A DNA stretch of 62,885 bases, filler included, from Globobulimina sp. (GCA_003354225.1; 39 parts of 39 records of this genome joined end to end with filler, not necessarily neighbours in it), one strand, 5' to 3'; numbered from the whole stretch's first letter, positions 49,805 to 62,226 are shown. Translations and numbers: made by a program. The notes: generated by a model not told the origin, from the sequence alone.

Positions 49805-49973
49805 CGGAACCATGATTTGCAATACCTGCAATTCAGTCAGAAGGCCTGTTTCCATATCCCGGTCAAATACAACCAGCGCATTATCATCGCTGCCTGCTGC
49901 GTAAATATTCTTTCCATCAGAGCTGATGCTAATGTAACTAAATCCAGCAATGCCCTCTATTCCATCGAAACCG
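49805..49973 (-). CDS. Bacterial-type lactonase-like beta-propeller repeat fragment (not in the ORF track)
   Basis: Minus frame GFDGIEGIAGFSYISISSDGKNIYAAGSDDNALVVFDRDMETGLLTELQVL. Confidence 0.7.
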
Positions 49974-50170
49974 NNNNNNNNNNNNNNNNNNNNNNNNNNN
50001 NNNNNNNNNNNNNNNNNTTAATTAATTAANNNNNNNNNNNNNNNNNNNNNNNNNNNNNNNNNNNNNNNNNNNNATACAACTGAGGTGACTATCTTTAGCG
50101 AAAATTTCCTTCTGCTAATTTAGTTATATGATTAAGAATTAAATCCTGATTCCAATCTCGTTTGAATGAG

Positions 50171-50234
50171 ATTTATGACAGACGGGAAGCGAGGCGGCTT
50201 CGCCGCCTCTCCTCGCTCCCCACCTGTCATAAAT
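50171..50234. repeat. GC-rich stem-loop in AT-rich DNA
   Basis: Outer stem atttatgacag/ctgtcataaat; inner stem gaggcggc-ttc-gccgcctc. Confidence 0.75.
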
Positions 50235-50450
50235 TTTATTCATTAATAATATCGGAATAAATAACTAATATCAACATCAATATAACAATATCAATAAGTC
50301 ATGGACTTTGTTATTTGAGTCATGGAGTGATTTTAGTGACTTGAGTCATGGATTTTTGTTTTTTTATGTTTTATTTTGAGATGGAAGTGATTCTGAATCT
50401 GAGTAAACTAAATTAAATAAACAATTGATTGATAAATTAAACACAATATA

Positions 50451-50861
50451 TTATGTTGGTTTTTTCTGTCTGAAATTGCGCGACTGTTGAAACCTTTTTC
50501 TTTTTACATTTTTCTTATTCAACACTTTAAGCCCGCATCCGTAGTTTGCCATAATTTCCCGCTTTGCTTGGCTTGCTGTTGGTCCCTGACACCAATTAAC
50601 TGCTTGGCTTGTTCTGTAACTGCTAACGGTACTTGCTTTTTCAGCTTTAAATTCAGCAAATGGTGGATCTGGATAATTTTGACGGGGCTTTACTGTTATA
50701 GCCCCAGTAAATGTTTTTTTAAAATCATCATAATTTAAGTTTTGAATATGTTTCATATGGCGTGCTATGCTGCATGCTTCTTTGCGAACATCTTTTGTGA
50801 CCTTTGCATTGTCCCATCGTTTTTTGATGGCAGCTGTTGAAGTTTTTTTGGTGAAAGGCAT
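50451..50861 (-). CDS. Hypothetical basic protein embedded in repeats
   Basis: 136-aa Lys/Arg-rich ORF with an ATG start; no family recognised. Confidence 0.45.
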   Translation of the reverse strand: MPFTKKTSTAAIKKRWDNAKVTKDVRKEACSIARHMKHIQNLNYDDFKKTFTGAITVKPRQNYPDPPFAEFKAEKASTVSSYRTSQAVNWCQGPTASQAKREIMANYGCGLKVLNKKNVKRKRFQQSRNFRQKKPT

Positions 50862-50954
50862 TCTGAAATATTGAGATCGAAATATATATTCTGAAAAAAA
50901 CAGATTTGAAAAAAATCGTCAAATTTGATAAAATTACGTCACATTCTCAAAAAG

Positions 50955-51340
50955 CATGCATTGCGACGAATATCTGTCTAGGGCAAAAAAGTTTGATTTG
51001 TCTGACGCTGCAAGTATTGAACTACACCGTAGTGCATTTTTTTTTCATTTCATTCATACAACTTTTTTTTCTATGCATTTTCATCATTGCATATTTTTCA
51101 TAATTCTGAAAAATCGTAAATTCTGAAAAATCGTAATTAATTTTCGCATGCAAAGTATAGGAAACATGCATTGCGACGAATATCTGTCTAGGACAAAAAA
51201 GTTTGAATTTTCTGACGCTGCAAGTATTGAACTACACCGTAGTGCATTTTTTTTTCATTTCATTCATACAACTTTTTTTTCTATGCATTTTCATCATTGC
51301 TGAAAAATCGTAAATTCTGAAAAATCGTAAATTCGGAAAA
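50955..51340. repeat. 136-bp direct repeat (50955-51090, 51165-51300) with ttctgaaaaatcgtaaa sub-repeats
   Basis: Near-identical copies 210 bp apart. Confidence 0.9.
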
Positions 51341-52183
51341 ATAGGAAAGTAATTAATGAATTGAATTAATAAATTAAACAATCGGATTAAAACATGCAAA
51401 TTTATAATATCGAGATACTGTACGCAATCAACACATGCACAAATTTAGAAAAAAAAAGAAAAGAATTAATTAAACAATATTGAAGTAAGTAAAACAAAGC
51501 AAAATTCAAATAATTGAAACAAAACACATTCGATCCGAACAAAATTGATTAATTAAACAATGAATATACTCACAATTAATTATAATANNNNNNNNNNNNN
51601 NNNNNNNNNNNNNNNNNNNNNNNNNNNNNNNTTAATTAATTAANNNNNNNNNNNNNNNNNNNNNNNNNNNNNNNNNNNNNNNNNNNNGTGGTTAAATGTT
51701 GATACGGATTCGCATCGTATTGCACAAAGGGGGACATTTACCACTGGGCCGGATTTAAGAGCAATTAGAAGAAATACTACAAATCTGCATAGTAATAATA
51801 ATAATAATCCGATATCAAATAATAGTAATGTGCAGCGTGTAAGTGTCCGAAATAGAAACAATCATCGGGTGGCATCTTCAAACAATGACATTGATATTAT
51901 TGATGAAGATGAAGATGAATAAATTGCAACTGTTTGTCAGTGGTATTACTTCTTTCAGGTTTCTTACTGTGTGTGCTCTTATTGTATTATTTAATTTGCT
52001 ATTATTTAACCCATTGTATCTTTAAGATGATTTAAAACACATCATATTCAGATTGTGTTCACAGACTTGATGGTCACTGTTGTGTTTTTGAAGTAGCTGT
52101 AACTGTGTCTGTGAAAACCTTTAAAGTAATAGTATAATTATAATAATTAAATTGTCGTTTTAATCAATCAAATTGTTTTTAAA

Positions 52184-53201
52184 TCAGCTTTCTTTTGGTG
52201 GAGTAATAACAAACAGGCGAAGATGTAACGTGTCACAAATTTCATAAATTACCTTCAACACATAAGACATCCACAATACCAATACATAAATAAGTATTCC
52301 ATACACCATATACGGCGAATTCATGACAGATTTTTCTTTTGGAACTTTTGCAACAAATTCGTAAACAGATCCAACTATCATAACAAACAATGGATTTAAT
52401 AAATGATAATGTTTCACGGTCTCCATATGAGTGACATCAGCAACAATTAATCTATGTATAATCCCACAAAATAAAAAACCAGCAATCCATAAATATGTCC
52501 ATGGATAATCTAGAAGTACGTCCACTAAATTCCAGCACAAAAAAGCAACCACAAATAATAACATATGTAATAACTCATATATTTGTCCTGGATCTTTCAA
52601 GTGTGGATTCTGTTTATAATGTTGTTGTACTGCAACATATTCGCCATACATTGTCAGAGTACTAGCAATCCACAACAAAGCAGTCACAATGTCGACGCTA
52701 TCACAGATACCAAATACATTCAAATGCCACATATCGCAGCCAAAGAATCCGGTGAAGAAATATGTTGCCATACCGACAAATTGTGTTTCTGTCACGGAAA
52801 ATACTCCAAAATGCATCATTCCAACATGTCGAGCTCTCCAATTGAGCATAAAAAATACCCCATACGACACCATGATGGACAACAAGAATTTATTGGTTGG
52901 GCCGGCTCTGATGTTGTGTTTTCGTTATTTAGTGCAAGGATATGCACATTATATAAACCAAACTGTGTAGCACAAAAAGCAGTGATTATCTGCGGAGTCA
53001 ATGTCAATGCGTCGTTGCCGTGGTCGAATAACTGACCCAAAGGCGAGGATTGCTTGGTTCTTCGCGCTTGTTTGCCATCAATTGCTGTTTTACAATAAAT
53101 ATAAAAAATGTAAGATGACAACAAAAAACGGTCAGAATATATAGATATATAATTAGATACTGTACCATCTAATGTTTGATATATAAATAACGATGCTGTT
53201 A
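52184..53201 (-). CDS. Choline/ethanolamine phosphotransferase (CDP-alcohol phosphatidyltransferase), multi-exon, 5'-partial
   Basis: YQTLD|AIDGKQARRTKQSSPLGQLFDHGND signature; TM helices; C-terminal EICDTLHLRLFVI. Confidence 0.92.
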
Positions 53202-53510
53202 NNNNNNNNNNNNNNNNNNNNNNNNNNNNNNNNNNNNNNNNNNNNTTAATTAATTAANNNNNNNNNNNNNNNNNNNNNNNNNNNNNNNNNNNNNNNNNNN
53301 NTCACAAGGAAAAGACCATATTAAATCTGTTGTATTTGAAGGGCATTGGCCTGGGGGGCTGGTTAATGGATGGTCACTTGAATATAGGGGGATGGTAGGC
53401 AATAATGCACATTATTCAACACAAAATTACGACACGGTGTGCTATTTTGACATAAAAAGTAGCCGGCATTCGTACTATTAAAACTAGTCACATTCTCAAT
53501 ATAAATGCCA

Positions 53511-54431
53511 TCAAAATACAAATAACTTTGCGTTAACCACATTATACATCATTAAATTTGTAAAATGAATATCATATACTTTTCCCACTGTGGCTCCCGG
53601 CCAACTTTTGATGCGAACTCCATTTGTGGTTCCATTAAATATCACATTGTTAACACTGATATTCTTATAATATCCGCCATGCAAAGAACCAATGGAGGCA
53701 CCATGGCCATGCCCAAAATAACAGTTTTCGACCCACGTATCATTGGAATGAATGGCAACATTATCATCGCCAGTATCAAAGTAACAGTCATGAATATAAA
53801 ATGGCGATCCATACACATCGACGGCGTCTGTATTATGCGATGAAGTCGAAGTATTTGAGTAATTTGTAGACGATGGAGGTGCCAATATTGTCACATATGA
53901 TAATTCTATATAACTTCCACGGATTTTCAAACAATGATAGGGCGGGTCTTTAATGGTTATATTTTGTATCAATACATTCACACTTTTGCTGATAGAAACT
54001 GTTAATGGCCGGGAACCATTCGGGTTTTTCCACCATATTTGTCCTTGTCCATTGATTAAGCCTTCACCAAATATCTCTAAATTTGTAATGTCTGCGAATG
54101 ATAAGAAGTTATGGCCAATTGGCCATTTATTTACATCGTTTGATATTATTAACTGTGCGTTGTTTTGGATTTGAAAACCAATGTTTGTGGCTGAACTTGC
54201 ATTTGATGGAAACGATAAAAATGATAACGAGGATGGTAAATAAACCAAACCATTTCCACCATCTTCATTCAAATAACAGTCATTCATCGCTTTTTGGATT
54301 CCCAGCGTGTCATCAGTCTGACCATCTCCTTTAGCACCGTAATCCATTGGGTTACATTCTTTCGTGTATTTAGTACAGGAAATAATATGTGTGAGAAGCA
54401 CAAAAAGCGACAAGAGTGTTGACATTGCCAT
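53511..54431 (-). CDS. Secreted glycoside hydrolase family 28 (polygalacturonase-like); C-terminal exons unresolved
   Basis: Signal peptide; DYGAKGDGQTDDT; catalytic NTD, GDD, GHG-SIGS and RIK motifs. Confidence 0.92.
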   Translation of the reverse strand: MAMSTLLSLFVLLTHIISCTKYTKECNPMDYGAKGDGQTDDTLGIQKAMNDCYLNEDGGNGLVYLPSSLSFLSFPSNASSATNIGFQIQNNAQLIISNDVNKWPIGHNFLSFADITNLEIFGEGLINGQGQIWWKNPNGSRPLTVSISKSVNVLIQNITIKDPPYHCLKIRGSYIELSYVTILAPPSSTNYSNTSTSSHNTDAVDVYGSPFYIHDCYFDTGDDNVAIHSNDTWVENCYFGHGHGASIGSLHGGYYKNISVNNVIFNGTTNGVRIKSWPGATVGKVYDIHFTNLMMYNVVNAKLFVF

Positions 54432-54562
54432 CGCAAAGTTAATTTTTATAGGACAGCATCTCGAAAATCTTTCTTAACAGAAAAGTCGTAGATATGCTGA
54501 ATGCCTGAATCTTTGTGGGACAAATTAGAAACTTTTGAGATTTTTATCAACATTTTATTTTT

Positions 54563-54815
54563 TTAGGACTTATTGCAATTACTATTCCAATGTAAAGGTG
54601 CTTTCCGTGGTGGTCCAGCAAAACACTGTAAGCAAACATGATCAGTTTTGATTGGCGCACCACAGTCGCGACACTGATCATATTCAACTGGTTTCACTGA
54701 GTCCTTTTTCAACCAATTTACATATTTCCTCCTCCTGCCTGGCCATTTTGATCGGCGACTTTTTGGCACAGCGCATAGTCCAAAATCAGAAACATTTTTA
54801 TCGTGTTCAATGTCA
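54563..54815 (-). CDS. Nuclear-encoded mitochondrial ribosomal protein bL32-like, 5'-partial
   Basis: AVPKSRRS..RRR...CRDCG.....HVCLQC with an open N-terminal extension. Confidence 0.75.
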
Positions 54816-55461
54816 NNNNNNNNNNNNNNNNNNNNNNNNNNNNNNNNNNNNNNNNNNNNTTAATTAATTAANNNNNNNNNNNNNNNNNNNNNNNNNNNNN
54901 NNNNNNNNNNNNNNNTCTTTGACGCATAATTGGCTCAATGCGACAACATATGCCATACAAACGTGTGCTAATCGGGATGTGGTGGCACTTTGTGGCGGAC
55001 AATGTGAAGAATTTTCGCCGGGACCTTATAGCAATAAAACACATTCGGAAAGTTGTGATACAAACACATTAAATCAAAAAAATTGTCAAATGTTTTCTAT
55101 GCGTGAATTGATGCAAGACTTGTCTTAATCTCTTTTATTTAATTATTTTTACAACATTTATTTTTTTCTCTGCTGTTTTTTTTCTCGTTTTTTAGTATTC
55201 CAAAATTTAGTGCAACACAAGAATCCGCATAAACATTTTTTTTACTATACGAACTGCTAAAAGTTGGACGGAGTTGTTAAGCTTTTTGAATTATTCTCCA
55301 AACCCAATGATAATTGTTAGTATGATAATTTATTGCAACAAAAAACAAAAAACAATTAACACGTACATACAATGAAAAAACAATTAATTTCTATAACAAA
55401 CACGTACAGATTGTTGACTTGTTGTTGCTTCATTTCAGGCAACGTCTCGTAACTCTTGTTC

Positions 55462-56276
55462 TCAATCACTATGAACATCAACAGGTGATACCATTGCAGT
55501 TTCTAATGATTTCAATTTCTTCTTTTTGATCATGGGGTGTTGATGTCGAAGGTACTCATTTTCTATATTCACCCAATGGCATTTGAAATAAATTGAGATG
55601 CTTTGATATCGATGCTTTGGTTGTTGGTGGTGTATGTTGCATGGATCTATGTGGTGAGTCCCATGTAAACGTAAAGTCAACAAAAAAACTCATGCCCATA
55701 TTTGCAATGTCATACCAGGTTGAAAATGGAGTATAAAAACCCAACAAAATGCCCAAACCAATATGGCAGCAGCTGTCTACCAATGATGCATCAAAACAGA
55801 TTTGTGCCACCTCCCAACAGTAAAAAGCCATTATTGATAATTGATATGGTCCATAATTAACTGTCTACGCATCCAATTTAACAAAATGATCCATGGACCA
55901 TTGCCGTCATTAATAATATCAAAACTGGCCATACTGATTTAATATAACGAATCGAACCGCGTCTTTGAATACGAAATCGACCTTTCAAATCTAATGATTT
56001 TGTCAAACGTCTGTTTAATTTATAAGACTTTATTGGCTCATTTGTTTTCTATGCATCGTGGTGCATTTCGGTGCGAGTGCGTATTTGCGGCGCCATATCA
56101 CATCTTCTTTCCAACACTTCCTGCAACAACCAACAAATAAATATGGTCGCTAGTACTGTGATCGTTGTGTAACGCAATTGATTTGGATCTAAATTCCATT
56201 GGGAGTCGCATTCTGTGTCTGCATCGCATGTGGCAATTGCAATGGTGCCACAATATTTGACGGGACAGGAAGACAT
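55462..56276 (-). pseudogene. Disrupted membrane-protein gene, probably part of a tandem duplication
   Basis: Hydrophobic ORF pieces broken by stops and frameshifts; the downstream flank (55334-55471) recurs at 56329-56387. Confidence 0.4.
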
Positions 56277-56529
56277 GTTCTAGTTCTAGTTCTACTGAAA
56301 TGTTTTAATTATAAAATAAAAAACATGGTGCAACAAAAAACAAAAAATAATTAACACGTCTCGTAACTCTTGTTCTCAATCACTATTAACTTCAATGATG
56401 ATTTTTAATATGTTATTTTCAAAATTGATNNNNNNNNNNNNNNNNNNNNNNNNNNNNNNNNNNNNNNNNNNNNTTAATTAATTAANNNNNNNNNNNNNNN
56501 NNNNNNNNNNNNNNNNNNNNNNNNNNNNN

Positions 56530-58043
56530 TCCTCATCTTCTTCTTCTGCATACGAATCATGCTCAGATTCCTCTTCATATTCTTCTGCGGATTCTTCATC
56601 ATAGGAATGGCTGCTTTCGTCCTCTTGTTTTAATGGCTGGCGCAATTCGTCAGAATCAGCATCGTTTGGCTGTGGCACTGTGGAGACCTCCGTATACTCA
56701 CTGTTTGGGATAGTCACAGTTTTCTCATCGTAACTCTCCACCTCTATGCTCTTGTTTTTATAGTTGCGTTGCCACAGCTTTTTAAACTCATTTCTTGGGC
56801 CAATCTCAGGAATGAGCTGCTTCCAATCCTCAGCCAACAGATCGGATAACATATCATCGGTTACCTCATATTCCTCAAAATTGGATAAATAGTCGACGTG
56901 GTATTCATGGTCTACAATTTTCAATGTTCTTCGACTCCATTCATATCCATTCATTTTAAGACGATGTTTCCGGTTTTTACTGCCAGTCAATGCTGCATTT
57001 GGGTGCAAAGCGTGTGTGATATGTTTATATTTATGTTTGTTGAATTCTTCCTTTTCGTTATATTGTTGACGCTGCCGAGCTGCAGCGGGAACGTCGTAAT
57101 ATTGATTTTCATACTCAATGTTTGCTTGGAAGTCGTGGTATAAATTGCCAGCATCTGCTTGTTCAACGTCCATTAAATGAGAGCTTGACTCCATATCACC
57201 GTCAGACTGCGACTGATCAGCGTCCATTTCCATTAAGTCTTCGCTGTCAATGTTTGCAGTGTTGGTAGCGGCTAAACTGTTGAGATGGCGATTGGTGTCA
57301 ATGATGTTTAGTGTTTCTCTTTCATCCAAACGTTTGCCTTTCTTTTGCTCAGCAAAAGACATTAAATACTTTGAATGCGTGGGCGGAACACCATATTCAT
57401 GCACATATTCCTGGTAAAATAATTGTATCTGCATCGGGTCACTGATCGTATCGGATGTTGTTTGAGTCAGTTTGCCGCGTAATCTCATAATCATTTCAGT
57501 GATTAATTCCAAATCATATATGTTGGGGTTTTGTTGATTAATGTCAAACATTTCAGCCATGACCTCATACATTCTGTTATTAATATATATAGCAATTGAA
57601 ATTAGATGAAAATAATATTGATATGTCATACATTCACATTTCAATTGCAATAATATTAATATTTCATACACGAATGCTTTGTTGATATTATTTATTGAAA
57701 AGTTTAGGGAAAATAATATTTCTTCAACAGCATCTCGTGATTGATATAGGTTTTTGACACTCTTTTGTTGGGTCAGTTTATCTTTTACGGATAATCGATA
57801 TATTATTTCTTCAATTATTTTTATATTGTATTTGGATCCATAATGTTTCTCATACAGAGATAGAGCGCGCGTCACATAATGTTTCGCAAAACCTTTTCTT
57901 AACAACACCTCGATTAAAACAAGCAAATCTTCTCTGGATGCTAAAGATACTGATTCTGGATCATCATCAATGGGCACATTATTATATTGGTGTTTTACAT
58001 CGCTTAAATTGGTCTTTGTTGGAACGGGTGGTCTTAATTCAAT
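56530..58043 (-). CDS. Hypothetical protein with UBA-like helical repeats, a SAM domain and an acidic tail, partial
   Basis: LLRKGFAKHYVTRAL; YLSNFEEYEVTDDML..L..EDWKQLIPEIGPRNEF. Confidence 0.6.
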
Positions 58044-58499
58044 NNNNNNNNNNNNNNNNNNNNNNNNNNNNNNNNNNNNNNNNNNNNTTAATTAATTAAN
58101 NNNNNNNNNNNNNNNNNNNNNNNNNNNNNNNNNNNNNNNNNNNTCGGTATATTCGTAGATCAGATCTCCCCGAATCTGTGCAATATTGAAGTGCATATTT
58201 AATTTCATAGCCTCTCTCTTCTCCGATCCGCTTTTGTCGATTCTTTTTAATACCAATCCAAAATATATATACTATGGCTTAGATCCACGATAAAACAATC
58301 TTGCAATTCGACTCTAACAATGATCGCTTAGTAAACGATGGTATCACAACATGTGTCAATGGCGGGTATTTACCACAATTTAGGGCATGGAAAAAAGTGC
58401 ATTTTCAAGTTTGGTGTATCAAATTCTCCAAAATGCACTTTTTATATCTACCCAAACTCCAACACATCGGATCTGTCACCATCAACTACCTTAAACTCA

Positions 58500-59412
58500 T
58501 TCTTTCCTTTTGCTACTTGCGAAATATGTCATTTCCGCTGTCATCATTTACTTTGCTGATGGACTCGACAACATTTTTATTTCCCCTCTCCTCCATATCA
58601 TTTGCAGCAATGTCTGGTGGCATCTCATCGGATTTCCCGCCAAAATAATCCCAAAACTCATCCACTGCATTCCCACTGTCATCAAATCCTTCAATAATGG
58701 CAGTATGCGCCGAATCAATGCTTCGTTCCTCTTGTATGCCGTCAACAATTTCATTTGCTTTCCGTTTTTCCCACACATTACATTTATCGCCGTTGTATTG
58801 ATACAATTTCAAGCCGCCATCCAATACGAACACATCAGTGGAATTCAACGAGTTTAGCTGTAATTTAACTTGGTAAACCTGGATTTTTCTGCATTTGCCC
58901 ACCACTTTCAATAATCGCGGATCATACAATTGATTCAGGCTCGACGTGATTGAATTTTATTAAATAATATGGTATTAAATTTTATTAAATAATTGCAGGA
59001 ATTGCTTAGATTTAATTCGAATTCGAATGCTTGGACTTGTCTGTATTGCACAGGTTGTCAAATTGACCCAAATAATCATCCAATTGAATTCCACTGTTTT
59101 GTAGGCGGCAGAACCAGCCTCATCTTGCGTTGTATTGCAACCTAACCAGAAATGAACATTATGTTTTAATGTATCTGATGCCGGCTGTTTATACGTATGC
59201 AGTATTATATAGGAATCGCCATCATAAAATTCACCATATTGCTGTTTTGGCCATGCTACAACTTTAAATTTCTCAATCCGCCAAATTAAAATGCCACACT
59301 CACCACCTACACCTTGCCATGCTTCTTCTTTGCCTGCAGCATCGGTTCTCATTTGTTTATGTTCCGCCGTGCCATAGTTTGCCATATTGCTGTCTTCCAA
59401 TTTGACTGCCAT
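58500..59412 (-). pseudogene. Gelsolin/severin/fragmin-family actin-binding protein, disrupted
   Basis: IWRIEKFKVVAWP..YGEFYDGDSYIILHT..HFWLG..TTQDEAGSAAYKTVE; SLNSTDVFVLDGG..YQYNG; FWDYFGG. Frameshifts cluster at 58920-59095. Confidence 0.85.
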
Positions 59413-59564
59413 TTTCAAGGTGAGGTCCTTGCACTTTTTATCAACAAAAACGACAAAGAGATGTAAAGCAAGGTGTGGTTTATGAAGAGACTCCGAAGTT
59501 TGCGGAATTCGAATAATCAATACAAAAAAACACATTATGTATGCTATGTATAATAATTAAACAG

Positions 59565-59657
59565 ACTGCATTCCCACTGTCATCAAATCCTTCAATAATG
59601 GCAGTATGCGCCGAATCAATGCTTCGTTCCTCTTGTATGCCGTCAACAATTTCATTT
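59565..59657. repeat. Exact 93-bp copy of 58664-58756
   Basis: The same gelsolin-coding segment is repeated at the contig end in the same orientation. Confidence 0.9.
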
Positions 59658-59757
59658 NNNNNNNNNNNNNNNNNNNNNNNNNNNNNNNNNNNNNNNNNNN
59701 NTTAATTAATTAANNNNNNNNNNNNNNNNNNNNNNNNNNNNNNNNNNNNNNNNNNNN

Positions 59758-61271
59758 TAATATAAAGAATCGACTTCGCGAAGAATTGCACCGTCTACAA
59801 CAAGCTCAAGATGACGCACAGCGAAGTTTGCAAATCTTAGAATTTATGTCGTTGCGAATGGATAAGGATCCCTTAGTTAACCACTCATCAAATAATAAAT
59901 TTAAAAACACCAACAGCCACAACCATAACCCACACAATCACCGCAACCATAATAATCACCACAATCACCACCAAAAGCCACACCAACACAAAACACACAG
60001 ATACACTAATTTCATCACCTCGGATGAAGATATATCGTTAGAATATTTACCCTCAAATACCATCATACGTTGTTCCAACAAACAGCTTCGCAAAATCTCT
60101 GACATCTGCGTAGGTGACAAAATATTATCTCTCTGCATCAATAACTATCCCAATGGCAAAGCGCGCAAATCCTACCTCCCCAAACCCAGCAAACGACCGT
60201 CGCAGTCACAGTCTCAGTCTTCGTCTTCAAACTCACTCTCAAACACCAACACAAACACAAACATAAAAACCTCGCCCAGAGCGGGAGCAGGCACTCATAT
60301 GGATATCCACCTAAACGGCACTAGAAACCTAAACAGTTTGCCCATACGTCCGAGATCGCGCACCACCGCCAACATAACCGTGCCGTTCATGCTCCCGCCG
60401 CCGGTGCACCATGCCACCGCCACGCGGCCCGCAGGTTAGGTCACTCTCAAAAACATATATTCGCAAATTCGCATCACTTTGCATATACATTGTATACACA
60501 GACAGAAAGCCGCGCAAATCGATGCCAATGTATATTGCACCAAATTTGATAGCACAGTCCGTGACCACCGCAGTCAACGAGTCATTGATGTTAACTCCGC
60601 AAGGAAACCGATCGCCGAAATCGCCTAAAACGCGCAGCAAATCCTTCGTTGCTTCGAATACGTTTTATAAGAAGAATAAGGAAGAGAGGAAGGATGAGCA
60701 CTCGCCATTTGACATCGAGCGGTATCATCAGAGTCGGTCTTCATATTCGAATTCTGGCTTCACGCAAATCCCTGGACCCATCCCATCGCATTACCACAGG
60801 AATAATCATAGAAACAAAAACCGCTTATCGAGCTTGCCACGCTTTAACACCAATAAAAAAACAAAGTCACAAAACAATTCCCCGACGCATAGTCATCAAA
60901 ATAGCAAAGGCTCGTTTCCGTACTCTGCGGTGGATCTGCGGGAGCATAGCAATCGGGAGCGACATCAGAAGAAAACGCGCTTTTCAAATAATGATACTAG
61001 CAATTTGCATAAGAGGAGTTTCTCGATTCAGAGGAAAAACGGCAAGTCAAATTACTTGGAGTCTGTGGGGGTGACCAGGGTTTTGGAGAAGAATATCTAT
61101 CAACTCATTGAAATTGTGACTGAGAATGACTTTAAAATACGGTGTACGCCCACTCATTTGTTCTGGATATGTGGCAAAGGTATGCTTTTCTTTTAGTGTG
61201 TGGCGACACGACATGCATTGACTGATTTGTTTTTTAATTGTTAGGTTGGGGGTGTTTTGACTCCAAACGGA
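59758..61271 (+). CDS. Coiled-coil/His-rich protein with a split Hint (Hedgehog/intein-like) domain; introns 60435-60501 and 61180-61244; partial at both ends
   Basis: Block A-like YLPSNTIIRCSNKQLRKISDICVGDKILS; block B-like LIEIVTENDFKIRCTPTHLFWICGK|GW; both splices keep the frame. Confidence 0.75.
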
Positions 61272-61371
61272 NNNNNNNNNNNNNNNNNNNNNNNNNNNNN
61301 NNNNNNNNNNNNNNNTTAATTAATTAANNNNNNNNNNNNNNNNNNNNNNNNNNNNNNNNNNNNNNNNNNNN

Positions 61372-62226
61372 AAATCAAATGGTGTATTTACCACATATTG
61401 GAAGGAGCCATGGTGAGGTATTGATGTATCATCAATTGGAGTGAAATAATCTGCATTTATTTTAAATAAATGTGATTTATCCGCAATACCATAGCTTTTA
61501 AAATCACCATTTAAATTGAAATATGAATGATTTGTCAGATTAATAACTGTTTCCGCATCACTTGTTGCTGAATAATTAATTTCAAGCGTATTACTGTCAT
61601 TTGTTAATACATATTCAACCGTAACATTACATTCACCCGGATATCCTGTTTATTTTTTATTTATTTTATTTGCATATACCAGCATAGCTCAACTTACCTT
61701 CCTCCATATCAGGTGACACATAGTTTAATTTAAGACCAATTTTAGTTTTACTGTCTAATATTTGTGTTTTCCATACTTTTTTACTAAAATTATCAATGCC
61801 GCCATGCAATGAATTTGGGCCATTGTTTATTGGTAATTGATATTCTTTATTATTTAATGTAAATTTTCCTTTACAAATTCTATTGGCGTATCGCCCAACA
61901 ATACTACCAAAATATCGATTTTTATGTTCATAATCAAACATATTGTCCAAACCAATTGTAACATCAACTAATTTGTTGGATGGTTCATTTGATGGCACAC
62001 GTAATGCACGTATATGACCGCCATAATTAATAATTTCTACTTCCATTCCGTTTGCGTTTCTTAAAAGGTATAAATCGACTTGTTCTCCTTTCACAGTCTT
62101 TCCAAATGGTTTGCATAATATATGGTCATTCAAATATTTAAATCCATCATTTAGGCCAATATTTAATTCTCTATCAACGATAGTTAATAATGCTTCAATT
62201 TTACCAAGCGTTTGAAGCACAGACAT
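61372..62226 (-). CDS. GALM: Aldose 1-epimerase (galactose mutarotase), 3'-partial; intron 61646-61697
   Basis: YFGSIVGRYANRI..GKF, NNGPNSLHGG, SPDMEE|GYPG, INLTNHSYFNL. Confidence 0.95.

Noticed and set aside
1517-61371. Regularly spaced TTAATTAATTAA motif resembling a giant repeat array
   Set aside because: It is an N-padded assembly linker. ORFs ending in X-runs or LIN are artefacts of it.
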